From assembly GCA_009392275.1 (NCBI GenBank), contig VFGV01000012.1, positions 18,217 through 82,216 of the forward strand: a DNA stretch of 64,000 bases. Direction: 5' to 3'. Numbering within the stretch: position 1 is the stretch's first letter; each line of letters opens with the position of its first letter. Position numbers and translations under genes: made by a program. Shown one piece after another: positions 18,611-28,738 of the stretch. The notes beneath the pieces are model-generated. The model was not told the origin of the DNA and searched no databases. It saw nothing but the letters and a program-made list of their open reading frames with translations. Origin of the DNA: SAR202 cluster bacterium. Its GTDB lineage: Bacteria > Chloroflexota > Dehalococcoidia > Lucifugimonadales > UBA2962.

Positions 18611-19786
18611 TTATCTAATAATTTGAGAGTCTTTTAGCACCTGGATTTTTTCAGGAGAATACTTCAAAATATCATTTAAAATAAGTTCTGTATGTTCTCC
18701 TATATTCGGAGCACCCTGCACTTTCATTGGGGTTCGACTAAACTTGATTGACTTACCTGTAACCCAAACGTTTCCTGCTATCGGATCTGGTACTTCCTCC
18801 ATGATCTCACTATCTATTATATAGTCCTCGTCAGCGGCGCTTTTGGTGTCATTAATCTTAGCACATGGAACGTTATATTTTGACAAATGTGAGACAGCAT
18901 CGGTTTGTGTTCTGGAAATAAACCATTTTGTTAGACTCTCCTCAAGAAAATGGGCGTTTTCTTTACGCATTTGACGCGTCTTATATTTTGGGTCATCGGG
19001 CCAATGAGTATTATTTAATGCCTCTGAAAGTCGCTCAAACATAGATCTATTTGTGGCTGCTAGAAAAACCCAACCATCGACACACTGATAAGCGTTAGTT
19101 AGTCCTGATCCATTACCCTCTCTTTCGAAATCCAGACCTCCGCTAAGGTAAGCTGAAATTGGAATTTCATTTGTTGTAAACCCTGAATCTGCCAAACTTA
19201 CATTGATACTTTGCCCAATCCCCGACCTTTCCCGTTCATGTAAAGCAGCTAAAGCTCCTATGGTTGCATGAAGAGCTGTAATTCTGTCGATCAACGGGAA
19301 ATGTGTCCTAACCGGCGGACCTCCCTTTATTCCACTTGTCATCATCATGCCTCCCATCGCTTGCCCGATAGGATCAAATCCCACTCTATTCTTAAAGTTA
19401 GTTTCAGGCCCATACGCAGATACATTAATCATTACTATACGGTTATTGATCCGTTTTAGTTCTTCGTATGAAAAACCCATTTTCTCTATAGTTCCTGGCC
19501 GAAAGTTCTGAAGGAAAAAATCTGATACTTTAACTAAATCCCTTATAACGTCTTTCCCTTCATCGGTTCGCAAATCTATCGAGAGGCTTTTCTTGCCTGA
19601 ATTATACTGAACCCAATATATACTCTGCCCACGTACATGTGGTGAGTTTTTACGGCTCTCATCACCATGCAATGACTCAACTTTTATTACCTCAGCACCC
19701 ATTCTTGCAAACATCAAACCACAGCGAGGCCCGGCCTGGTATCTGCCTAAATCAAGAACTCGTATGTTTTTTAATGGACCGGTCAT
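18611..19786 (-). CDS. CaiB/BaiF family III CoA-transferase
   Basis: GPLKNIRVLDL, AGP, GAEVIKVE, NFRPG, conserved Asp in PLIDR. Confidence 0.92.
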   Translation of the reverse strand: MTGPLKNIRVLDLGRYQAGPRCGLMFARMGAEVIKVESLHGDESRKNSPHVRGQSIYWVQYNSGKKSLSIDLRTDEGKDVIRDLVKVSDFFLQNFRPGTIEKMGFSYEELKRINNRIVMINVSAYGPETNFKNRVGFDPIGQAMGGMMMTSGIKGGPPVRTHFPLIDRITALHATIGALAALHERERSGIGQSINVSLADSGFTTNEIPISAYLSGGLDFEREGNGSGLTNAYQCVDGWVFLAATNRSMFERLSEALNNTHWPDDPKYKTRQMRKENAHFLEESLTKWFISRTQTDAVSHLSKYNVPCAKINDTKSAADEDYIIDSEIMEEVPDPIAGNVWVTGKSIKFSRTPMKVQGAPNIGEHTELILNDILKYSPEKIQVLKDSQIIR

Positions 19787-19804
19787 TAAATACCCTTAAT
19801 TAAT

Positions 19805-20572
19805 TTACTTTTCCCTTTTCCTCTCCAAAAAATCTTTGAACCCCTCTAAAATTGGTGTCGGCTTCAATTTTCCTGAAACCAGATCCAACTCCATTTCAAA
19901 CTGTTCACGCCATGATGCACCTATATCTTGTATCAACAATTCCTTTATTCCTGCAACCATATTCGGGTCATTATCTGCTATCTGTATAGCAACTTCTTTC
20001 GCTTTAGATAAAACCTGATCACAATCTACCAGATAATTTAACAAGCCAATTTTTAGAGCTTCATCTGCAGACAGTACACGGGCTGTGAATAAAAGCTCTT
20101 TAGCAATCGGCCATCCTACTTGCATAGGTAATGACCATGTTGCGTTTAATCTGCCATACGACGCTGCTAGAAACCTAAATTTGCTGAGGTCGCAACCAAC
20201 TCTAATATCCATACATGACGCTAACACCGCACCCCCTCCGTAAGCTAAACCATTAATAGCTCCTATTACCGGCTTGGGAAAGCTCGCTATCTTCCATGGA
20301 AGATATATCTGCTCTGTAGTTTTCTTTGGAAGACCTGAATTAGCATCTGCTTTAACTAACATTTCCTTTATATCGGCCCCTGCTGAAAATGATCTATCTC
20401 CAAACCCTGTTATGATAACCGCATTAATTTTTGAATCATGCTCTATTTTTTCCAATGCATCGTATATTTCCATAAACATATCCTGATTAATTGCATTGAG
20501 TACTTCGGGTCTATTCAAAATTATGGTGCAAATTGTAGATTCTATTTCTACGATAATTGATTTATAAACCAT
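19805..20572 (-). CDS. Crotonase (enoyl-CoA hydratase/isomerase) family protein
   Basis: LNRPEVLNA, FSAGADI, PKPVIGAING, GGG. Confidence 0.9.
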   Translation of the reverse strand: MVYKSIIVEIESTICTIILNRPEVLNAINQDMFMEIYDALEKIEHDSKINAVIITGFGDRSFSAGADIKEMLVKADANSGLPKKTTEQIYLPWKIASFPKPVIGAINGLAYGGGAVLASCMDIRVGCDLSKFRFLAASYGRLNATWSLPMQVGWPIAKELLFTARVLSADEALKIGLLNYLVDCDQVLSKAKEVAIQIADNDPNMVAGIKELLIQDIGASWREQFEMELDLVSGKLKPTPILEGFKDFLERKREK

Positions 20573-20733
20573 ACTTAGCCTTATTTAAATTTTTACTAAC
20601 CAAATAAATGTAATTATAAAGTTAAACTTAAAAATAGTGAAAACGAAAAATATATATGAGTATTTTTGTAGATTTGTGTATAATCTGACCGGGTTCAACC
20701 AATTAATAAAAAACAATTACGAGGTGTGTAGAA

Positions 20734-22824
20734 GTGGCAAACGACAAGGTAAAAGAATCAGAAATAGCAGTCCACTGGCAAGAAGAAGGACTTATACATC
20801 CTAAAAAAGAATTCATTGATCAAGCCAACATGGCAGACCCTAAAGTTTTAGATAGATTCAAGGCTGAGAATTGGCCAGATTGTTATGAAGAATACGCGGA
20901 GCTTCTTGATTGGGACAAACGCTGGAGTAAAACGGTCGATACATCTAATCCTCCTTTTTATAATTGGTGGGTCGGAGGCAAGCTAAATGCCTCATATAAT
21001 TGCGTAGACAGACACCTCAAGGCACACCGAAACAAAGCAGCTTTAATATGGGTTCCTGAGCCAGAAGAGGAAGATCATCAGGTAATAACATATCAAGAAT
21101 TGTGGGTCAGGGTTAATGAATTTGCGGCTGTATTAAGAGACGAGTGCGGACTCAAGTCCGGAGATCGAGTAACCCTTCATATGCCTATGGTTCCAGAATT
21201 ACCAGTAACCATGTTGGCTTGTGCACGGTTGGGCGTAGTTCACTCTCAAGTTTTTGGCGGGTTTTCAGGTGAGGCATGCGGGGATCGTATTGTTGATTCA
21301 GAAAGTAGAATTCTTATAACTTCTGATGCATACTATCGAGGTGGAAAACTTCTTGACCACCAAGATAAAGCTGATATTGCAGTTAAACACGCAGAGTCTC
21401 AAGGCAACAATGTAGACAAAGTCTTAATTTGGAGAAGGTACCCTGGAAAAGTTTCTTCAAAAGCGGAATTGACTAAAGGTAGAGATTTTTATGTGGATGA
21501 ACTACTAAAATCCAAAAAGGGAGTAAGAGTTGATCCAGAATCAATGAATGCAGATGCACCGTTGTTCCTAATGTATACCAGCGGGACGACGGCTAAGCCA
21601 AAAGGGTGCCAACATTCCACAGGTGGTTATATGTCATATGTAGCTGGAACTACCAAGTACTACCAAGATGTTCACCCAGAAGACGTATATTGGTGTTTCG
21701 CTGATATTGGATGGATAACAGGGCATTCGTATATTGTATATGGACCTTTATCGAATGCTGCAACAGCAGTAGTGTATGAGGGATCACCTGCGTATCCTGA
21801 CGCGGGCCGGCCATGGAGAATTGCTGAACAATTAGGAGTTAATATATTTCATACTGCCCCAACCACTATTAGAATGTTGCGTAAACTTGGCCCAGATGAG
21901 CCCGCAAAATACAATTTCGAATTTAAACACATGACCACGGTTGGAGAACCTATTGAACCGGAAGTATGGCGTTGGTATTACGAATTCATAGGTAAAGGAA
22001 AGGCTGTTATCGTCGATACATATTGGCAGACAGAGACTGGGGGATTTATCGGCACTACACTACCAGCCTTGCAGCCAATGAAACCAGGAAGTTGTGGACC
22101 TGGTGCCCTTGGCATGCAACCTGTTGTTTTAAATGATGATGGTAATTCTGTCGAGCCAGGAAGTGCAGGTAATCTCTGCATGAAAAACCCCTGGCCTGGA
22201 CGTATGCAAACTATTTACGGTGATCCAGACAGATTTGTGGACACCTATTTTGGTAAATTTGCCAAAAGAGACAGTAAAAACTGGCAAGACTGGCCATATG
22301 TTACCGGAGACGGAGGAACTTTATCAGAAGATGGGTACATACGGATTCTGGGAAGAGTTGATGATGTTATAAACGTCGCTGGACACAGATTAGGTACAAA
22401 AGAACTAGAATCGGCTGCTCTCACTGTAGAAGCTGTAGGCGAGGCTGCTGCTGTACCAGCTTATGATGCACTAAAAGGCCGGGTTCCTGAACTATACATA
22501 TCACTGAAACCAGGTTTCGATGCATCGGACGTGGATGTTCAAGTGAAAAACACAATCGAAAAAATGATAGGACCGATTGCTAGACCAAGTCATATATGGG
22601 TAACTAGTGATCTTCCAAAAACGAGTTCAGGTAAAATAATGCGAAGAGTAATAGCTGCAATATCTAATTTTATGGACCCAGGAGATACAACTACTTTATC
22701 AAACCCTGAAATTGTAAAACCAATAACAAAACAGGTTCAGGCCGCAAAGAAAGCGATGGATGCCGTTCCAGAAGATGAACGTAAAAAACTGGAATTAGAA
22801 GTGCAAAGTTTTGGTGATGATTAG
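20734..22824 (+). CDS. acs: Acetyl-CoA synthetase (acetate--CoA ligase)
   Basis: LNASYNCVDRH, YTSGTTAKPKG, DIGWITGHSY, DTYWQTETG, LPKTSSGKIMRR. Confidence 0.95.
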   Translation: MANDKVKESEIAVHWQEEGLIHPKKEFIDQANMADPKVLDRFKAENWPDCYEEYAELLDWDKRWSKTVDTSNPPFYNWWVGGKLNASYNCVDRHLKAHRNKAALIWVPEPEEEDHQVITYQELWVRVNEFAAVLRDECGLKSGDRVTLHMPMVPELPVTMLACARLGVVHSQVFGGFSGEACGDRIVDSESRILITSDAYYRGGKLLDHQDKADIAVKHAESQGNNVDKVLIWRRYPGKVSSKAELTKGRDFYVDELLKSKKGVRVDPESMNADAPLFLMYTSGTTAKPKGCQHSTGGYMSYVAGTTKYYQDVHPEDVYWCFADIGWITGHSYIVYGPLSNAATAVVYEGSPAYPDAGRPWRIAEQLGVNIFHTAPTTIRMLRKLGPDEPAKYNFEFKHMTTVGEPIEPEVWRWYYEFIGKGKAVIVDTYWQTETGGFIGTTLPALQPMKPGSCGPGALGMQPVVLNDDGNSVEPGSAGNLCMKNPWPGRMQTIYGDPDRFVDTYFGKFAKRDSKNWQDWPYVTGDGGTLSEDGYIRILGRVDDVINVAGHRLGTKELESAALTVEAVGEAAAVPAYDALKGRVPELYISLKPGFDASDVDVQVKNTIEKMIGPIARPSHIWVTSDLPKTSSGKIMRRVIAAISNFMDPGDTTTLSNPEIVKPITKQVQAAKKAMDAVPEDERKKLELEVQSFGDD

Positions 22825-22850
22825 AGTGGTCTTATAAACCCGTACTTTCA

Positions 22851-23795
22851 CTACAGATTAAACTCCTTAATATAATCTTCAGCCGTTTTGGGAAGATAAA
22901 CATTCGATGTGCCTCTTTGAGCTGAGAGTTTAATCTGTTTTGACCGTTCTCTCGAACGATTTTTTTTATCTTCCGTCATATTGTCATAACACTGAGGGCA
23001 TGAAACATCCTCTTCGTACTTTTTGGATTTTTTATCTTTTGGTGCTACAGGCTCATTGCAACCATGACATAGATCATAAATTCCCGGTTGGAGACCTTTA
23101 TTCAGAGAAACACGATTGTCAAAAACGTAACATTCTCCATCCCATAATGAATCTTCTTCATCAACTTCTTCTAGGTATTTCAATATACCACCATCAAGTT
23201 GAAAAAGATTATTAAAGCCTATTTCTTTCATGTAATATGACGCTTTTTCGCAGCGAATACCTCCAGTACAATACATAGCAATCTTTTGATCCTTATTAGA
23301 TGACAACTCAGTATCGATATAATCCTTAAATTCAACAAAAGATCTGGTGTCCGGTGAAACGGAACTTTTAAAAGAACCAATTTTCGTTTCATAATCATTT
23401 CTTACATCTACAATTATCACGTCTTTTTGACTAACGAAATCATTCCAATCTTTTGGTGATATATGTTGCGCGCGATCTACTTCATTATTAACAGGATTAT
23501 TGCTAAACGTGACGATTTCTTTCTTTATCTTGACTTTACTTCGGTAAAAAGGCATATTCGGAGTCTGAGAAAACTTAATATTAAGATTATGAAAACCCAT
23601 ATTATCTAAATATCCAATAAACTCATCGGTAAAGTCAGGTAACCCTGCGATAGTACCATTAATACCTTCTGAGGCTATGATGATCGATCCTCGTATTTTA
23701 TTCTGAGTACATAAAGATTTTAGTGATTGTGATAGTGAACTTAAATCACTTACTTTTATGAATTCATAAAAAGCAGCCACCTTAAATTGAATCAT
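22851..23795 (-). CDS. trhO: tRNA uridine(34) hydroxylase (UPF0176 rhodanese-domain protein)
   Basis: EGINGT, DVRNDYE, YCTGGIRCEKA, LDGGILKY, CYVFDNR. Confidence 0.9.
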   Translation of the reverse strand: MIQFKVAAFYEFIKVSDLSSLSQSLKSLCTQNKIRGSIIIASEGINGTIAGLPDFTDEFIGYLDNMGFHNLNIKFSQTPNMPFYRSKVKIKKEIVTFSNNPVNNEVDRAQHISPKDWNDFVSQKDVIIVDVRNDYETKIGSFKSSVSPDTRSFVEFKDYIDTELSSNKDQKIAMYCTGGIRCEKASYYMKEIGFNNLFQLDGGILKYLEEVDEEDSLWDGECYVFDNRVSLNKGLQPGIYDLCHGCNEPVAPKDKKSKKYEEDVSCPQCYDNMTEDKKNRSRERSKQIKLSAQRGTSNVYLPKTAEDYIKEFNL

Positions 23796-24637
23796 TTAAT
23801 GAAATCCTTACCAAAACAATCAGTGATTTTGTCATGGTACTGAGGCCATGATATTAATACACAATCATACGTTTGATTCACTTTCCAGTCGATATCACTG
23901 CCTGATGCATCGGTGACTTTTAACCCTAATTGCTGGCACACAGCTACTCCGGCAGCAATATGTTCAACACCAGCATTAAAAAATATCTGAGCACCTAGAT
24001 GTCCACTAGCTAAATGAAATAAACTATATGGAGCTGAACCAAAAGATATTAATCCTCCGGTTTCCCCAGCCCAAGTAAGATTATTTCCTATGGTCCCCCA
24101 TGAACCTCCGACAGAAACTCCTATTAAGGTATTTTTTAAATCGCTTTCAGGGCCTGATGGCAACCATGGCCTACCATTACGCGTCACAGTTTTTGTTGAC
24201 ACGGTTGCTAATCGTTCCTTTATAGAAGGCATTGTTATCACACCTAGAACTAAAGCCCCACCTGGTCCAATCAATGATATGGATATACCAAATGTTGCTA
24301 AACCAGATGCATAACAATTTGTACCGCATAACGGATCGACTAACCATGAATATTCCCCTCCACCATTTTCCTCAAATCCCTCTTCGGAATAAATATCAGC
24401 TGGCGCATTTATACCTGACAGTATTTTTTTTATTGACTTATCAGACTCTAGGTCAGCATCTGTGACTAATTCCCCGGGAGCTTTCTCCCAAGAAGACAGT
24501 CCCATTGCTTTAACAGCAGGATTAATGGAGCTGAACTTAGACATTAATACTTCCGATGCAGCATCCGACGCGATCAATGCAGCTTTTAGATATTCAGCTA
24601 TCGAAGTTGGTATGAATTCGTTATTATTTTCTTGCAT
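23792..24637 (-). CDS. Inositol monophosphatase family protein (variant motifs)
   Basis: LVTDAD, SEE, WLVDPLCGT, HIAAG. Confidence 0.8.
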   Translation of the reverse strand: MQENNNEFIPTSIAEYLKAALIASDAASEVLMSKFSSINPAVKAMGLSSWEKAPGELVTDADLESDKSIKKILSGINAPADIYSEEGFEENGGGEYSWLVDPLCGTNCYASGLATFGISISLIGPGGALVLGVITMPSIKERLATVSTKTVTRNGRPWLPSGPESDLKNTLIGVSVGGSWGTIGNNLTWAGETGGLISFGSAPYSLFHLASGHLGAQIFFNAGVEHIAAGVAVCQQLGLKVTDASGSDIDWKVNQTYDCVLISWPQYHDKITDCFGKDFIK

Positions 24638-24781
24638 TTGTTATCTCATATTGATGATGCGCCTGATAATTGTAATTTCAAAACTCGTACCATTCTGGAA
24701 CAACAGTAGTTATTAGTTATCAACCTGCTATAAAATTTATCGCATCATCTAGCAATATATTATGGTAAATTATCTTACATT

Positions 24782-25219
24782 ATGAAGTTACACTATTCAC
24801 ATGATTTGCAGTCGCCAAAAGAATCAGCTTTTGACACTTTAATGGATCCATTGAATTTAAAAAACTTTATCCCTGGATGCGAGTCATTTGAATGTATTAA
24901 TGAAAATTCTTACGAGATTTATAGTAGATTCAATATTGGCCCCATAGAAGTTCGTCATACAGTAACTATGAGGCTTGTTGATTCAAAGAAACCTGATTCA
25001 GTTAGGATCGTTATTTTTGGAGAAGGCACCGGAAGTAGTATAAATGCAGAAGGAATACTCTCTTTTGAGGCAATTGCCGATCGGACAAGAATAGTTATAA
25101 ATGGTAAAGCACAAATTACAGGATTGCTTGCAAATTTAGGATCTGATGTATTGGAGCAGTCTGTGAAAACTTTGTTAAAGGAATATTTTAATTCATTAAA
25201 ATTTAGAACCACGATATGA
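24782..25219 (+). CDS. CoxG / SRPBCC family protein
   Basis: LMDP...IPGCE, IGPI, GLLANLG. Confidence 0.85.
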   Translation: MKLHYSHDLQSPKESAFDTLMDPLNLKNFIPGCESFECINENSYEIYSRFNIGPIEVRHTVTMRLVDSKKPDSVRIVIFGEGTGSSINAEGILSFEAIADRTRIVINGKAQITGLLANLGSDVLEQSVKTLLKEYFNSLKFRTTI

Positions 25220-26076
25220 CAAGTAAAAAGCATTACATCCATGTGACACTAGAAGCAGGCATCTTAAAAGTGATTTTAAAAGATCCCGAAACGAAAAACG
25301 CAATGGGATCTGAAATGGCAGAGCAATTAATCAACACACTAAATGATTTTTCTAAAGATAGCCAGAGTAAGGTTTTAATGATCACAGGCGATAAAGAGTC
25401 TTTTTGCTCAGGAGCTAATGTACGCACAATGAAAGCAAACGCTGATTCTTTTATTAGTGAATCAACCCTAGACACTGATCCTTGGAAACAACTTGAAAAG
25501 TCTATTAAGCTTAATGCAACAGAACCGCAATCAGATGAAATTGAAATAGTCCGAAATATTACCAGACATATATTTAATCTTAGAAAACCTTCAGTTGCTG
25601 CTGTAAACGGACCTGCAATTGGTTTTGGAACAGGACTAGCTTTAAGCTGCGATATTCGCCTGGCAAGTACTAATGCTATTTTTAGAGAGGCATTTGTAAA
25701 CGTTGGCCTAATACCTGCAGATGGATCATGTTGGTACTTACCTAGAATGATTGGTCTCACTAATAGTTTTCTATACCAATATACCGGAGAGGTCATTACT
25801 GCTAAGGAAGCTTATAGACTTGGCCTGGTTTCTAAGTTAACTGAGCCAGATACATTAATGGATGAAGCTGTTCGACTTTGCCAAAAATTAGCAGAAGGAC
25901 CTTCGTATTCTATGGCTATTATCAAACGTCTAATTCAACTTTCTTCAGACATTAATTTCGAAGAGAGTATGGAAATTTCTGGAATTGCTCAAGGCATTGC
26001 AAAAAAAACAAACGACCATAAAGAAGGTGTGTCTGCTTTTTTGAAAAAACGAAAACCTTCGTTTAATGGTGATTAA
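25216..26076 (+). CDS. Crotonase family protein, PaaG-like isomerase type
   Basis: FCSGANV, KPSVAAVNGPAIG, CDIR, AFVNVGLIPAD, DHKEGVSAFLKKRKPSF. Confidence 0.85.
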   Translation: MTSKKHYIHVTLEAGILKVILKDPETKNAMGSEMAEQLINTLNDFSKDSQSKVLMITGDKESFCSGANVRTMKANADSFISESTLDTDPWKQLEKSIKLNATEPQSDEIEIVRNITRHIFNLRKPSVAAVNGPAIGFGTGLALSCDIRLASTNAIFREAFVNVGLIPADGSCWYLPRMIGLTNSFLYQYTGEVITAKEAYRLGLVSKLTEPDTLMDEAVRLCQKLAEGPSYSMAIIKRLIQLSSDINFEESMEISGIAQGIAKKTNDHKEGVSAFLKKRKPSFNGD

Positions 26077-26083
26077 ACCTTAT

Positions 26084-26866
26084 TTAGTTGCTTAAAAACC
26101 ATTGAATTACATCATGAAATTCATCTGGCGATTCCTGATGTAACCAATGACCAGCATTTTCTAACTCTACCAGCCTGGATTCTGGAATTGTTTCTGCCAA
26201 CTCTATTGCGTGAGTGTGAGTCAGGTCTTGACTTAATCTACCTCTTAAAATTAATGTAGGACATTTAATCTCAGTCCAACCATACCATAAATGGTTCTCC
26301 ATATAAGTCGCATAGGAGGAGGTGTCATGTATATAAGCCCTACTTCCATCTAACCCACCGCTAGTTAAATTCCTCGCTTGCCTATTAATGCTCTCAAGGT
26401 CCACTCTTGGTCGTTGAGCTGACAAAAATGTGATTGTTTCTTCTATCGATATCCATTTAGTAACATCTGAAATAGAACTCTGTTCTAAATCATAAATAAT
26501 AAGATTAGATACCATATATGGGTTTTCAACCGCCAATTTTGCTCCCATTCTTGATCCAGCTCCATGGCCAATCACAATTGATTCATTGAGATTTAACGAA
26601 ACTGCTAGACTTTTGATGTCAGAGTATAAATCGTTAAAGCTGTACTTGGGATCTGAAGGCTTATCGCTATGTCCGTGCCCTCTTAGCTCAATTGAATAAA
26701 CCCGATACTTATCCCTAAACCTCGCTGCAATCAGATCCCAAGTACGAGATGAGTCACCCAAATCATGAATGAGCAACATCTGGCGACTACTAGTACCTCC
26801 CCAATCAAGGTAATAGGTTCTTAGTCCAGCAAAATGATGGCTTTTACGAGTCGGTTTCTGTTTCAT
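26084..26866 (-). CDS. Alpha/beta hydrolase fold protein lacking the canonical nucleophile
   Basis: LRGHGHSD, VIGHGAG, CPTLILRG, AGHWLHQE. Confidence 0.8.
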   Translation of the reverse strand: MKQKPTRKSHHFAGLRTYYLDWGGTSSRQMLLIHDLGDSSRTWDLIAARFRDKYRVYSIELRGHGHSDKPSDPKYSFNDLYSDIKSLAVSLNLNESIVIGHGAGSRMGAKLAVENPYMVSNLIIYDLEQSSISDVTKWISIEETITFLSAQRPRVDLESINRQARNLTSGGLDGSRAYIHDTSSYATYMENHLWYGWTEIKCPTLILRGRLSQDLTHTHAIELAETIPESRLVELENAGHWLHQESPDEFHDVIQWFLSN

Positions 26867-26899
26867 GAAAAGTGGGATTATATATAAACTTAGTAAGAA

Positions 26900-27907
26900 T
26901 CACGGCCACACCAAATCTCCAGATTGATATATTTCGTTAACAAACTCTGATCTGTATGCGTTTGTGTAATCGAAATCAGCCTGAAGTGCATCGTATTCCA
27001 TTAGATGATCATATAAGGATTCCCACTGTGAATCTGCCATGAAACCAAGTCCGTTTTTATCAGTCAATTCACTTGTTGCATCTTTGATCTCAGTCTCAAG
27101 CATGAATTCTTGGTGCTCTGAAGTACTATCAGGGGCATACTCTAAAACTATATCTATTGCCAAAGCTGGATTCTGTATTGCAAATTCGATTCCTTTTAAT
27201 GTGGCCTTAAGAAAACGTTTAACAAGTTCAGGGTTTTCGTCGGCATAGTCATGAGTAGTGATATAGGTTAATCCCAAAGTAGGAACCCCATAGTCGTATG
27301 GATCCCAGAGTGTAACCCCATGGCCCATTGATCTAATGGTATCAGGCTCGTTAGATTTAAAAACCGCGAGAATATCAACTTTTCCTTCAATCAATATTCT
27401 TGGATCGAAACCCACACTAACTTCTTTTATATTTTTCCTTATTACTGACTCTGACTCAATCATAGCAATATAGTCAGAAGGTATGGATATTTTATATCCA
27501 AAGGTTTTACCCTCCCAATCTTTTAACGAGTTAATGTTAGAATCCTCTAATGCTATGTATCCTTGTTGACCTCTTTGCCCGATTAGTGCCACTGAAGTTA
27601 AAGGTGCACCAGAACTAGATATTTGTTTAAGTACAGACCCTGCATCGGCAGTAGAAAACTGTACGTCACCTGACAGCAATAATTTGACGTGTTCTCCAGA
27701 TGAAGCATGTTTGATATCCACGTTTAGACCTTGCTGTTCAAAATAACCATTTTTGTCAGCAACATAGACTCCGACAAACGGTAGATTTGCTTGAGGTTTA
27801 TACCCAGCCATGAAAACAATATCTTCAACCGTTTCATTATTTGTTGCACACCCAGCAAACATTCCAATGGCAATAACGAGAGCCATAATACTTAATTTTA
27901 CACCCAA
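26900..27907 (-). CDS. ABC substrate-binding lipoprotein, NMT1/THI5 family
   Basis: Lipobox FAGC, YVADKNGYFEQQGLNV, KDWEGKTFG, NPELVKRFLKA. Confidence 0.85.
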   Translation of the reverse strand: MGVKLSIMALVIAIGMFAGCATNNETVEDIVFMAGYKPQANLPFVGVYVADKNGYFEQQGLNVDIKHASSGEHVKLLLSGDVQFSTADAGSVLKQISSSGAPLTSVALIGQRGQQGYIALEDSNINSLKDWEGKTFGYKISIPSDYIAMIESESVIRKNIKEVSVGFDPRILIEGKVDILAVFKSNEPDTIRSMGHGVTLWDPYDYGVPTLGLTYITTHDYADENPELVKRFLKATLKGIEFAIQNPALAIDIVLEYAPDSTSEHQEFMLETEIKDATSELTDKNGLGFMADSQWESLYDHLMEYDALQADFDYTNAYRSEFVNEIYQSGDLVWP

Positions 27908-27937
27908 TGTTATATTCCTTTCACACAGCCAGAATTT

Positions 27938-28738
27938 TTACCCAATATCATTTTCTACTTTTTGACTATCGTGCCAAAATAGTAGTTTTTTTTCAATATA
28001 CAAAACCAACGTTGTTAACAAGATTCCCATCAATGCCAACATAAAAACTGCTCCAAACAATTGCGGCATATCCAAATTGTTATTAGCTCTAATTATCATG
28101 CTTCCTAAACCTCTGTCACCTGAAAACCACTCCGCCACCACAGCACCGATCACTGCAAGTGGAATAGCAATCTTAAACGATGATAATAAGTAAGGGTATG
28201 AATTTGGAAAACTTGCTTTGATCATTATCTCAAATTTGGAAGCATTTAAAGACTTTAACAGGTCGGTTATATCGCTACTAGTCGCCCTCATACCAGCAAG
28301 ACAATTTACCAGTACAGGGAAAAAGGTGATTATCGCTGCGATTAGTAGTTTAGGAAGTAATCCAAACCCAAACCAAATAACAAACAAAGGAGCTATTGCT
28401 ATTATAGGTGTCACTTTAATCAATATAGCTAGTGGCAACAATCCACGCTCCAAAAAACGCGATTGGTACATTACTGTTGCACCTATTATCGCAACAGCAG
28501 CTCCTAGAATAAACCCTCCGATTGCTTCTCCCATTGTCACCAGGGTGTTAAGGCAGTATTCAGAAATATTAGTTACAACTTCTATAATGATCCTTGACGG
28601 AGGGGGTAATAAATAAGGTTCTATTTCAGACACCCTAACAGAAATCTCCCACAGCGCGAATACTAATGCGAACACAACTACTGGTGGACCAATCCAGTAT
28701 AGCGACTGCTTTGCCCTGTTAATCAAGTCTTCACGCAT
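27938..28738 (-). CDS. ABC transporter permease (SsuC/TauC/ThiX type)
   Basis: LPPPS, TPIIAIAPLFVIWFG, FFPVLVN, AVVAEW, GLG. Confidence 0.92.
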   Translation of the reverse strand: MREDLINRAKQSLYWIGPPVVVFALVFALWEISVRVSEIEPYLLPPPSRIIIEVVTNISEYCLNTLVTMGEAIGGFILGAAVAIIGATVMYQSRFLERGLLPLAILIKVTPIIAIAPLFVIWFGFGLLPKLLIAAIITFFPVLVNCLAGMRATSSDITDLLKSLNASKFEIMIKASFPNSYPYLLSSFKIAIPLAVIGAVVAEWFSGDRGLGSMIIRANNNLDMPQLFGAVFMLALMGILLTTLVLYIEKKLLFWHDSQKVENDIG

